A stretch of DNA of 64,000 bases from Mobula hypostoma (taxonomy: Eukaryota), in contig NC_086108.1 of NCBI RefSeq assembly GCF_963921235.1, positions 83,268,001 through 83,332,000 on the forward strand, read 5' to 3'. The notes under the pieces are model-generated. The model was not told the DNA's origin, did no database searches, and worked only from the letters and a program-made list of their open reading frames with translations. Numbering within the stretch: the stretch's first letter is position 1; each line of letters opens with the position of its first letter. The position numbers were made by a program, and so were the translations under genes. This document shows, piece after piece, positions 1-12,350 of this stretch.

Positions 1-1182
1 ACTTTAGTTTAAAAAAAGGGATATTTTGAAATATATATAAAAATTTTGGTAAAATCATCATTTTAACTGCATGAATTCGGCTGACTAACGAAAGTGTAAG
101 TGCATTCCATCTACAAAGTAATTGTTTCATAAAATCCACTAAAGGAACCAAATTAGCTCTATAAAGGTCTCTATGATTTTTAGTGATAATAATACCTAAA
201 TATTTAAAAGAGTCCGTAACTCTAAAAGGAATGTCATCATATATAGAAGCACAATCATTTAGGGGAAATAATTGACTTTTATGAAGGTTTAGTTTATATC
301 CTGAAAAATTTCCAAATTCATTTAATAGTTTCAATAAACTAGGAATGGATTCGTCAGGATTCGAAACATTATGCTGACGATCTCTTAGTTAAAGGGAGAT
401 CTTATGAATAGTTCCATTTATGAAAATTTCACGGATATCTTTAGCTTCACAAAGTGCAATGGCCAAGGGTTCCAGCACCAAATTAAATAACAAGGGACTT
501 AACAGACATCCTTGTCTCATACCCTGCGGAAGTCCAAAAAAAAAGATCTGCAATTATTAGTAATAACAGTAGCAAAAGGGCTTTTATATATCATTCTAAT
601 CCACTTAAAATTAATACCAAAGTCAAATTTCTCTAAAACATTAAATAAGTATTTCCATTCAACTCTGTCAAGTGCCTTTTCAGCATCAAGAGAAACAACA
701 CATTGGGGAGACTTAGAAAAGGATGAGTTATAACATTTAACAGTCTCCCAGTATTAGAGAAGGAATAACGGCCCTTTACAAAACCTGTTTGGTCCTGAGG
801 GATATTTTAGCTAGAATATTCTCCAGTCGATTAGCCATTATTTTTAAAAGAATTTTAGCATCCACATTTAATAATGAAATAGGTCTATATGAAGCACAGT
901 CAGTTGGGTCTTTATCCTTCTTAAGAATTAAAGAGATAGAAGTTTCATAAAATGTGGGAGGTAACTATCAAAAAAGAATCTTTAAGCGTTTCCAACATGT
1001 ATGGAGAAAGCAATTTTACAAATTTTTTGTAAAATCCTACAGAATAACCAACAAATCCAGGAGCTTTACCAGATTGCATTGAAAGAATAGCTTTCTGAAT
1101 TTTGTTTTCAGTAATTGGAGTATCAAGAGTTTGTTGATCTTCAACAGAAATTTGAGGAAAATCAATCTTTTATAAAAAGGCA

Positions 1183-1359
1183 ACACACATCAAAGTTGCT
1201 GCTGAACGCAGCAGGCCAGGCAGCATCTCTAAGAGGTACAGTCGACGTTTCGGGCCGAGACCCTTCATCAGGACTAACTGAAAGAAGAGCTAGTCTCACC
1301 AGCAACTTTGATGTGTGTTGCTTGAATTTCCAGCATCTGCAGAATTCCTCATGTTTGCA
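1183..1359. mobile_element. Penelope-derived palindromic non-autonomous element inserted in L1
   Basis: Inverted arms caacacacatcaaagttgctg / cagcaactttgatgtgtgttg. TSD ttttataaaaaggca (1168-1182) / ttttgtaaaaaggca (1360-1374). The L1 reading resumes when the insert is removed. Confidence 0.75.
1240..1275 (-). ncRNA. Minimal type I hammerhead ribozyme core
   Basis: AGUC-CUGAUGA-A-GGGU(CUCG)GCCC-GAAAC-GUC-GACU: both core boxes intact, stems I and II pair, stem III reduced to palindromic ACGU. Confidence 0.7.
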
Positions 1360-2468
1360 TTTTGTAAAAAGGCATTCATTTTAGAGGGATCAGCTGAAAA
1401 CTGAGATTTATAAAGTTCAATGTAAAAGTCTTGAAAAATTTTATTAATGTCTTCATAATTACATGCTAAACTACCATCTCCCTTACGAATTTTTAAAATT
1501 TGTCTTTTGGCTCTAGCTGCTTTTAATTGAGATGCTAATAACTTATTATTTTTATCTCCAAACAAATAGAATTGACTTTTCAATTTAAGCAAATTTCTTT
1601 CAATAGGCTAAGTTAATAGTAAATTATATTGTGATTGGAGTTCAACCCTTTGTTTAAATAAATCAATATTAGGTGAGGTTGCATAAATATTATCCAAGTC
1701 TTTAATTTGTTTTGAAATCTTATCTAACTCTGTTTTTGTCTGTTTCTTAAGCTCAGCGAAATAGGAGATTATCTGACCGCGCAAATATGCTTTAAAATGT
1801 GTCCCATATAATCAATTTCGACACATCTCCCGTATTGTTAAATAGAAAACAATCTTTTATCTGAGTCTCAACAAATTTGACAAAGTCTGAACTTTGCAAT
1901 AAATTTTCTGGAAAATGCCAAGGCAAATTTGCAATACCGACATCATTGAATTCAAAAGCTAAGCTTAAAGGCACACGATGCGAAACAATGATAGCTTCAT
2001 ATTCACATTTCTGGACTTTGGACAAAAATCAGAAATCAGCTATAAAATAATTGATTCTCGAATATTTTTTGTGAACATGTGAAAAAAAGAGAATAATCTT
2101 TGTCATTAGGATGTAGGACGCTTTTCAACCAGGCCATAATCCATTAAAAAAAAAGTATCCACACTATCCACAACACCTCCAACCTTTGTGTCATCAGCAA
2201 ATTTTCTAACCCATCCCTCCACTTCTTCATCCAGGTCATTTACAAAAATCACAAAGAGTAGGGGTCCCAGAACAGATTCCTGAGGCACACCACTGGTCAC
2301 TGATGTCCATGCAGAATATGACCCATCTACAAACACTCTTTGCCTTCTGTGGGCAAGCCAGTTCTAGATCCACAAAGCAATCTCTCCTTGGATCCCATGC
2401 CTCCCTACTTTCTCAATAAGCTTTGCATGGGGTACCTTGTCAAATGCTTTGCAGATATCCATATACAC

Positions 2469-2780
2469 ACACTGGGCCGGCTGGTGACGCAACGACATCG
2501 GTGCTGGACCCGGGAGCGGAGGTTCCCAGGTTTGAAACTAGTCGGGTCCGCCCCGCGCACGCTTTCCATCCGGGCCGGGTCGAGTGTCGAGACCACAACT
2601 CGACCTCGTAAAACACGGAAAGACTGTGAAAATGTCTGTGTGAGGAGTGACGCATCGCACAGTCTCTCGCTCTGCGTCGTTAAAAAAGCCATGAAAAATC
2701 CATCATCACAAACGCACGCACGGACACGCAGACGCATATGCACAGATGCGCATGCACGCAGACACACGCAAAAAAAAAAA
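2469..2780 (+). mobile_element. Young tRNA-derived SINE with poly(A) tail
   Basis: GC/CpG-rich head with B-box-like GGTTTGAAAC, (CA/CG)-rich tail and A-tract; TSD atccatatacac (2457-2468) / atccacatacac (2781-2792). Confidence 0.75.
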
Positions 2781-3226
2781 ATCCACATACACTACATCTA
2801 CTGCTTGACCTTCATCAATGTGTTTAGTCACATCCTCAAAAAATTAAATCAGGCTCGTAAGACATGACCTGCCTTTGACAAAGCCATGCTGACTATTCCT
2901 AATCATATTATACTTCTCCAAATGTTCATAAATCCTGCCTCTCAGGATCTTCTCCATTAACTCACCAACCACTGAAGTAAGACTCACTGGCCTATAATTT
3001 CCTGGGCTATCCCTACTCCCTTTCTTGAATAATGGAACAATATCCACAACCCTCTAAGCCTCTGGAACCTCTCCTGTCCCCACTGATGATGCAAAGATCA
3101 TCGCCAGAGGCTCAGCAATCTCCTCCCTCGCCTGCCAAAGTAGCCTAGGGTACATCTCGTCTGGTCCTGGTGACTTATCCAACTTGATACTTTCAAAAGC
3201 TCCTGCACATCCTCTTTCTTAATATC

Positions 3227-6200
3227 ATATAACCATATAACAATTACAGCATGGAAACAGGCTATCTCAGCCCTTCTAGTCTATGCCGAACGCTTACTCT
3301 CACCTAGTCCCACCGACCTACACTCACCCCATAACCCTCCATTCCTTTCCTGTCCATATATCTATCCAATTTAATTTTAAATGACAACATCGAACTTGCC
3401 TCAACCACTTCTACTGGAAGCTCGTTCCACACAGCTACCACCCTCTGAGTAAAGAAGTTCCCCCTCATGTTACCCCTAAACTTTTGCCCCTTAACTCTCA
3501 ACTCATGTCCTCGTTTGAATCTCCCCCATTCTCAATGGAAAAAGCCTATCCACGTCAACTCTATCAATCCCCCTCATAATTTTAAACACCTCCATCAAGT
3601 CCCCCTTCAACCTTCTATGCTCCAAAGAATAAAGACCCAACTTGTTCAACCTTTCTCTGTAACTTAGGAGGTGAAACCCAGGCAACATTTTAGTAAATCT
3701 CCTCTGTACTCTCTCAATTTTATTGACATCTTTCCTATAATTCGGTGACTAGAACTGTACACAATATCCCAAAATTGGCCTTACCAATGCCTTGTACAAT
3801 TTCAACATTACATCCCAACTCCTATACTCAATGCCCTGATTAATAAAGGACAGCATACCAAAAGTTTTCTTCACCACCCTATCCACATGAGATTCCACCT
3901 TCAGGGAACTATGCACCATTATTCCTAGATCCTTCTGTTCTACAGCATTCTTCAATGCCCAACCATTTACCATGTATGTCCTATTTTGATTAGTCCTACC
4001 AAAATGTAGCACCTCACATCTTTCAGCATTAAACTCCATCTGCCATCTTTCAGCCCACTCTTCTAACTGGCCTAAATCTCCCTGCAAGCTTTGAAAACCT
4101 ACTTCATTATCCACAACACCACCTATTTTAGTATCATCTGCATACTTATTAATCCAATTTACCACCCCATCATCCAGATCATTAGTATATATGACAAACA
4201 ACATTGGACCCAGTACAGATCCCTGAGGCACACCGCTACACACCGTCCTCCAATCTGACACACAGTTATCCACCACTGCTCTCTGGCGTCTCCCATCTAG
4301 CCACTGCTGAATCCATTTTACTACTTCGTTATTAATGCCTAATGATTGAACCTTCCTAACTAACCTTCTGTGTGGTACCTTGTCAAAGGCCTTACTGAAG
4401 TCCATATTTTCAACATCCACCACTTTACCCTCGTCAACTTTCCTAGTAACCTCATCAAAAAATTCAATAAGATTTGTCAAACATGACCTTCCACGCACAA
4501 ATCCATGTTGACTGTTCCTAATCAGACCCTGTCTATCCAGGTAATTATATATACCATCCCTAAGAATACTTTCCATCTTTTACCCACCACTGATGTCAAA
4601 CTCACAGGCCGATTAATGCTAGGTTTACTCTTAGAACCCTTTTTAAACAATGGAACCACATGAGCAATACGCCAATCCTCCGGCACCATCCCCGTCTCTA
4701 ATAACATTTGAAATAAATATTTCTGTCAGAGCCCCTGCTATTTCCACACTAACTTCCCTCAAGGTCCTAGGGAATATCTTGTCCGGACCCGGAGACTTAT
4801 CCACTTTTATATTCCTTAAAAGCGCCAGTACTTCCTCTTCTTTAATCGTCATACTTTCCATAACTACCCTTCTTGTTTCCTTTACCTTACACAATTCAAT
4901 ATCCTTCTCCTTAGTGAATACCGAAGAAAAAAAATTGTTCAAATTCTCCCCATCTCTTTTGGCTCCGCACATAGCCGTCCACTCTGATTCTCTAAGGAAC
5001 CAATTTTATCCCTCACTATCCTTTTGCTATTAATATAACTGTAGAAACACTTTGGATTTATTTTCACCTTACTTGCCAAAGCAGCCTCGTATCTTTTAGC
5101 TTTTCTAATTTCTTTCCTAAGATTCTTTTTACATTCTTTATATTCCTCGAGCACCTCATTAACTCCAAGCAGCCTATATTTATTGTAGATCCCTCTCTTT
5201 TTCCGAACCAAGTTTCCTATATCCCTTGAAAACCTTGGCTCTCTCAAACTTTTAACCTTTCCTTTCAACCTAACAGGAACATAAAGATCCTGTACCCTCA
5301 AAATTTCACCTTTAAATGACCTCCATTTCTCTATTACATTCTTCCCATAAAACAAATTGTCCCAATCCACTCCTTCTAAATCCTTTTGCATCTCCACAAA
5401 GTTAGCCTTTCTCCAATCAAAAATCTCAACCCTGGGTCCAGTCCTATCCTTCTCCATAATTATATTGAAACAAATGGTATTGTGATCACTGTAGCTGAAG
5501 TGCTCCCCAACACATACCTCCGTCACCTGCCCTATCTCATTCCCTAACAGGAGATCCAACACTACCCCTTCTCTAGTTAGTACTTCTATGTACTGCTGCA
5601 AAAAACTATCGTGCACACATTTGACAAACTCCAAACTATCCAGCCCTTTTACAGAATGGGCTTCCCGGTCTATGTGTGGAAAATTAAAATCTCCCACAAT
5701 CACAACCTTGCGCTTACTACAAATATCTGCTATCTCCTTACAAATTTGCTCCTCCAGTTCTCGGCCCCCATTAGGTGGTCTATAATACACCTCTATACGC
5801 GTCACTACACCTTTCCTATTCCTCAATTCCACCCAAATAGCCTCCCTAGACGAGCCCTCTAAGCTATCCTGCTAGAGCACCGCTGTAATATTTTCTCTGA
5901 CAAGCAATGCAACACCTCCACCTCTTGCCCCTACTATTCTATCATACCTGAAGCAACAAAATCCCAGAATATAATAGTTGCCAATCACACCCCTCCTGCA
6001 ACCACGTTTCACTAATAGCTAAAACATCATATTTCCAGGTATCAATCCATGCTCTAAGCTCATCCACCTTTCTTACAATGCTCCTGGCATTAAAATAGAT
6101 GCATTTAAGAAACTCTCCACCTCTTACTCTGTTTATCCTTAATGGAGCAAACAACTTTGTTATCTTTTTCTTCCTTGTCCCCTACATCTTTGGTCTGAGT

Positions 6201-7158
6201 GCTCCTGATCTCTGTCCCCTGCCTATCCTCCCTCACACACTGTCTACTAGCTTTCTCTATTTGTGAACTAACCTCTTCTCTCCCAGTCTCTTCAATTTGA
6301 TTCCCACCCCCCAACCATTCTAGTTTAAAGTCACCTCAGTAGCTCTCGCAAATCTCCCCACCAGGATTTTGGTTTCCCTAGGATTCAAGTGTAACCTGTC
6401 CTTTTTGTACAGGTCACACCTGAGCCAAAAGAGGTCCCAATGATCGCGTAGCACAGGCAGTAATCCCGAAATTACTACCTTTGCGGTCCTTTTTCTCAAC
6501 TCCCTTCCCGACTCCCTATACTCTCCTTTCAGGACCTCTCCCCTTTTCCTACCCATGTCATTGGTACCTATATGTACCACGACCTCTGACTCCTCTCCCT
6601 CCTAACCGTGACTCATTTGTTTGCCTCCTGTGGCCCCAGGGTGACCACCTGCCTGTAACTCCTCTCTATCAACTCCTCACTCTCCCTGACCAGACGTAGG
6701 TCATCGAGCTGCAGCTCCAGTTCCCTAACGCGGTCTCTTAGGAGCTGCATCTCGGCGCACCTGGCGCAGATGTGGACGTCCGGGAGGCTGGGAGACTCCA
6801 GGACCTCCCACATCCGCCACTGAGAACAACAAGCTGCCCTAACACTCATACTTCCTCCTCTCCTCAAATAACAGGAAAAAATGAATACCAAACCTTCCTT
6901 GCCTCGTCCGCTTCCGCCTAAGCCAGTTGAGCTAAAGCCCTTAAGCCTTCACTCTGCTCCCGGTTCACTCCGCAGCTCGCAAACTACGCTGCCTGCTGTA
7001 TAAGGCTGTGTTCCTTTTAAATCTTCCGCGCTTCACTGCCCGACGTCACACGCCTGTGCAGTCCCGCCTCTCTGAACGCTGATGAAAAAAAACCTGAAAA
7101 ATTCAAATTGGCTTCCTCCGCACTCCCGCTCTGATTCTCAGACTTTCTTCTCCGAATT
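3227..7158 (-). mobile_element. Near full-length CR1 LINE (5'UTR, ORF1 zinc finger/leucine zipper/esterase, ORF2 EN-RT, 3' tail), frameshifted
   Basis: ORFs 6613..6891 (HICARC...LELQLDDL), 6320..6580 (VHIGTND), 5942..6154 (YFNARS, ISETWL), 4939..5832 (GDFN, SDHN), 3749..4576 (PQGSVLGP, KYADDTK), 3304..3501 (FFTQRVV), plus a short-repeat 3' tail. Confidence 0.92.
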
Positions 7159-9269
7159 CTACATGCTCAGGCTTTTCAGTCCACTATAAGTTGTCCCTAC
7201 AATCGCCAAGATCCTTTTACATAGTGAATACTGAAGCAAAGTACTCATTAAGTACCACTGCTATCTCCTCCAGTTCCATAGACACTTTTCCACTGTCACA
7301 CTTGATTGGTCCTATTCTCTCACATCTTATCCTCTTGCTCTTAACATACTTGTAGAATGCCTTGGGGTTTTCCCTAATCCTGTCCGCCAAAGCCTTCTCA
7401 TGGCCCCTTTTGGCTCTCCTAATTTCTTTCTTGAGCTTCCTGCTAACCTTACAATCTTCTTGCTCTCTATCATTAACTGGCTTTTTGAACCTTTCGTATG
7501 CTCTTCTTTTCTTCTTGACTAGATTTACAACAGCCTTTATACACCATGGTTCCTGTACCCTACCATACTTTCCCTGTCTCATTGTAATGTACCCATGCAG
7601 AACTCCATGCAAATATCCCCTGAACATTTGCCACATTTCTTCCATACATTTCCCTGAGAACATCTGTTCTCAATTTATGCTTCCAAGTTCCTGCCTGATA
7701 ACCTCATATTTCCCCTTACTCCAATTAAATGCTTTCCTAACTTGTCTGTTTCTATCCCTCTCCAATGCAATGGTAAAGGAGATAGAATTGTGATCACTAT
7801 CTCCAAAATACTCTCCCACTGAGAGATCTGACACCTGACCAGGTACATTTCCTAATACCAGATCAAGTACAGCCTCTCCCCTTTCGGCTTATCTACATAT
7901 TGTGTCAAGAAGCCTTCTTGAACACACCTAACAAACTCCACCCCATCTAAACCCTTTGCTCTAGGAGTTTGACATGTCAATTGATATTTTTTGAAATTCA
8001 AATCTCCCACCACGATAACCCTGTTATTATTACACCATTCCAGAATCTGTTTCCCTATCTGCTCCTCAATGTCCCTGTTACTATTGGGTGGTCTATGAAA
8101 AACACCCAGTAGAGTTATTGACCCCTTCCTATTCCTGACTTCCACCCACAGAGACTCCGAGACAGTCCCTCTATGTCTTCCTCCTTTTCTATGGTCGTGA
8201 CACTATCTCTGATCAACAGTGCCACACCCCCACTTCATTTGCCTCCCTCCCCATCCTTTCTGAAACATCTAAAGCCTGGCACTCGAAGTAATTATTCCTA
8301 CCCCTGAGTCATCCAAGTCTGTGTAATGGCCACAACATCATAGTTCCAAGTACTGATCCACACTCTAAGCTCATCCGCTCTGTTCACAATGCTCCTTGCA
8401 TTATTACACACATCTCAAACCATCGGTCTGAGCGCGTCCCTTCTTGATCACCTGCCTATCCTCCCTCTCGCACCGTCTTCCAAGCTTTCTCTATTTGTGA
8501 GCCAACCGCCTCTTCCTCCGTCTCTTCAGTTCGGTTCCCACCCCTCCAGCCCCCCAGCAATCCTATTTTAAACTGTCCTCAATAGCCTTAGCAAACCTTC
8601 CCGCCAGGATAATGGTCCCTCTGCGATTCAAGTGCAACCTGTCCTTTTTGTACAGGTCACTCCTGCCCCAACAGAGGTCTCAATGATCCAGAAATCTGAA
8701 TCCCTTTTCCCTGCTCCAATTCCTCAGCCACGCCTTTATCCTCCACCTCACTCTATTCCTATACTCACTGTCGCATGGCACAGGCAGTAATCCTGAGATT
8801 ACTACCTTTGTGGTCCTACTTCTCAACTTCCTTCCTAACTCCGTGTCTGTTTTCAGAACCTCCTCCCTTTTCCTGCCCATGTCGTTGGTACCAATATGTA
8901 CCACGACTTCTGGCTGTTCTCCTTCCCACTTCAGGATATCTTGGACGCGATCAGAAACATGCCGGACCCTGGCACCTGGGAGGAAAACTACTATCCGTGC
9001 TTCTTTCCTGCGCCCACAGAATCTCCTGTCTGACTCCCTAACTATCCCCCAGGTAGGCCATCCCCCCCAACAGTACTCAAGCAGGAGTACTTATTGTCAA
9101 GGGGTACAGACACGGGGTACTCCCTAGCCTCTGACTCCTACCCTTCCCTCTCATGACTGTTACCCACTTATCTGTCTCCCCAGGCCCACTGGCATCTCTC
9201 ATAAGGGAGATGCCAGTGCATTGGAAATATTCCTAAAAGGATGACCATCTTCACTAAGGCTGACAAAAT

Positions 9270-9970
9270 AGGAGGATCAGAGGGATCTTGGGGTCCGAGT
9301 CCATTGGACGCTCAAAGCAGCTGGGCAGGTTGACTCTGTGGTTAAGAAGGCGTACAGTGTATTGGCCTTCATCAATCGTGGAATTCAATTTAGGAGCCAA
9401 GAGGTAATGTTGCAGCTATATAGGACCCTGGTCAGACCCCACTTGGAGTACTGTGCTCAGTTCTGGTCGCCTCACTACGGGAAGGATATGGAAGCCATAG
9501 AAAGGGTGCAGAGGAGATTTACAAGGATGTTGCCTGGATTGGGGAGCATGCCTTATGAGAATAGGTTGAGTGAACTTGGCCTTTTCTCCTTGGAGCGACA
9601 GAGGATGAGAGGTGACCTGACAGAGGTGTATAAGTTGATGAGAGGCATTGATCGTGTGGATATTCAGAGGTTTTCTCCCAGGGCTGAAATGGTTGCCACA
9701 AGAGGACACAGGTTTAAGGTGCTTGGGAGCAGGTACAGAGGAGATGTCAGGGGTAAGTATTTTTTTTACTCAGAGAGTGGTGAGTGCGTGGAATGGGCTG
9801 CCGGCAACAGTGGTGGAGGCGGATATGATAGGGTCTTTTAAGAGACTTTTGGATAGGTACATGGAGCTTAGAAAAATAGAGGGCTATAGGTAAGCCGAGT
9901 AATTTCTAAGGTAGGGACATGTTCGGCACAACTTTGTGGGCCGAAGGGCCTGTAGGTTTTCTATGTTTCT
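9270..9970 (+). mobile_element. CR1 LINE 3' fragment
   Basis: ORF 9338..9841 (LVRPHLEYCAQFWSP), FFTQRVV, tail ...ctatgtttct. Confidence 0.9.
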
Positions 9971-10114
9971 AACTATAACCTTATTTCAAATAACTTTTAA
10001 GTAAAACTATGCATGTAAAATTAGATAAGGGAGCTCAGAAAACACAAAACTAATTAAAATGAGTACAAACTACAGCATGCAAGGGAAAATGTGAGCCAAA
10101 CATATAAAGTATAT

Positions 10115-10646
10115 ACACTCGGTGACCACTTTATTAGGTATAAGAGTGAAACCTGGTGTGGTCTACTGCAACTGTACCCCATCCACTTTAAGATTCAACG
10201 TATTGTGCATTCTGAGATTCTCTTTCACGCACCACTGTTGTAACACGTGGTTACTTGAGTTACTGTCACTTTCCTGTCAGCTTGAATTAGTCTGGGCATC
10301 CTCCTCTAAAATCTCTCATTAGCAAGGCATTTTCACCCCCAGAACAGCTATTCACTGGATGTTTTGTTTTCCCACACCATTCTCCGTAAACTCTACAGAC
10401 GAAGACCCCAGATCAGCACATTCTGAGATACTCAAACCACTGTGACGAACATCTACAATAATTCCACAGTAAGAGTCACTAAAATAACATTTCTTCCCAT
10501 CCTGATGTTTAATCTGAATAACAACTGAACCTCTTGACCACGTCTGCAGGCTGTTAAGCACTGAGTTGGTACCAAATGACTGGAGGATTAGACATTTGCA
10601 TTAATGAACAGGTATACAGGTGTACCTAATAAAGTGGCTAATAAGT
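10115..10646. mobile_element. Non-autonomous Tc1/mariner-type element
   Basis: TIRs cactcggtgaccactttattaggta / tacctaataaagtggctaataagt, preceded by TA. Confidence 0.75.
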
Positions 10647-10707
10647 ATGTATGGTATTAGTATAGTGAAACAATTGGTTGAAAATGCTTGAAACATGATG
10701 CATATGA

Positions 10708-12350
10708 TACACAAGACCATAAGACACAGGAGCAAAATTAGGCCAGTCAGCACAATGAATTTGCTCCACCATTTCATTATGGCTGATTTATTACCCCTCT
10801 CAACCTCACTCTCCTGCCTTTTCCTCATAACCTTTGAAACCCTTACTAATCAAGAACCTGTCAATCTCCGTTTTAAATATACCCAGTGATTTGGCCTCTG
10901 CAGCCATCTGTGGCAATGAAATCCACAGATTCACCACACTCTGGCTAAAGAAATTCCTCCTCAGCTTGATTCTAAATGAATGTCCCACTCTTCTGAGTCC
11001 AAGACTCCTCCATGACAGGAAACATCCTCTCCACATTCACTCTATCTAGGTCTTTCAATGTTCAATAGGTATCAATGAAATCCACCCTCCTTCATTCTTC
11101 TCAGCTCCAGCGAGTACAGGCCTAGAGCTATCAAATGTTCCTCATAGTTCTTGTGAACTTCCTCTTGACCCGCTCCCATATGAGCACACCTTTTCTTAGG
11201 TGGGGGTTGAGAACTGCTCACAATACTCCAATGTGCAGTATGACCAAAGCCTTATAAAACCTTGCTTTTATTTTTTGTCCTCTCTACCTCTCTAAATGAG
11301 TCTTTATTCCTTCTATCAAGAGTGCACGACCATACACTTCCCTGCATTATATTCTATCTGCCACTTTGCCCATTCTCCTAATTTGTGGAAATACTTCTGC
11401 GGATTCCCTGCTTCCTCAACACTACATGCCCCTTTATCTACCTCTGTATCATCTGGCCATAAAGCCATCAAATCTGTCATTCAAATCATTGACATATAAT
11501 GTGAAAAGAAACAGTCCCAACAACAACCCCTACGGGACACTATTAGTCACTGGTAGTCAACCAGAAAAGGCCCCATTTATTCCCAATTGTTGCCTCCCAC
11601 CAGTCAGCCAATCTTCTATCTATGCTATTATCTTTCCTATAATACCATGGGCTCTTATCTTGTTAAACAGCCACACGTGTAACACCTTGTCAAAGGCTTT
11701 CTGAAGATCCAAGTAAACAACATCCACTGACTCTTTGTCAATGCTGCCTGTTATTCCCTAAAAAGAGTTCACACAGATTTGTCAGGCAAGATTTGTCCTT
11801 AAGGAAACCACACTGACTTTAGCCTATTTTATCATGTGCCTTCAAGTACCCCGAAACCTTATCGTTAATTAATGATTCCATTTTCTTCTGTCCCCTCCCT
11901 TCTTAAAGAGTGGAATGATATTTGCAATGGTCCATTCATTTGGGATCATTACAGAATCTAGTGATTCTTTAAATATCACTACTAATGCCTCCATAATCTA
12001 TTCAGCTACCCCCTTCAGAACCATTTGGTCCAAGTGACTTATCTACCTTCAGTCATTTTGGCCTCCCAAGCAACTTCTCCTTAGTAATAGCAATTATACT
12101 CACTTATGCCCCCTGACACACTCAGATTTATAGCATCCTGCTAGTGTCTTCCACAGTGAAGACTGAAACAAAATACTTACTAAATTCGTCCACCATTTCT
12201 TTGACCGTCTTTAGTGCCTCTCCAGTATCATTTTCTAGCGGTCCGATATCCACTCTCACCTTTCTTTTACTCTTTCTATCCTCTCCTATATTATTGGCTA
12301 CCTTACCATCATATTTCACCTTTTCTCTATTGATGGACTTTTTAGTTGCC
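10708..12350 (-). mobile_element. Degenerate CR1 LINE 3' half
   Basis: ORFs 10806..11036 (RNFFSQSVVNLW) and 12128..12319 (KYFVSVFTVED); CR1-type tail near 10710. Confidence 0.8.

Larger units (their letters stand above)
1..2150 (-). mobile_element. Degenerate L1-clade LINE ORF2 (EN C-terminal part to RT)
   Basis: Minus-strand fragments GDKNNKLLASQLK, INKIFQDFYIELYKS, YRPISLLNVDAKIL, SLDAEKA, QGCLLSPLLFNL; stops and frameshifts; runs off the left edge. Confidence 0.85.
2157..9190 (-). mobile_element. CR1 LINE (ORF1 esterase, EN and most of RT), interrupted by a SINE and by a second CR1
   Basis: Fragments 8680..8904 (VHIGTND), 7852..8145, 7217..7663, 2844..3047 and 2106..2336 (KFADDTK) are colinear on the minus strand once 3227-7158 and 2469-2780 are removed. 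Confidence 0.85.

Noticed and set aside
2340..2867. 175-aa ORF and overlapping ORFs
   Set aside because: Chance open frames across a GC-rich SINE and antisense CR1; no protein motif.
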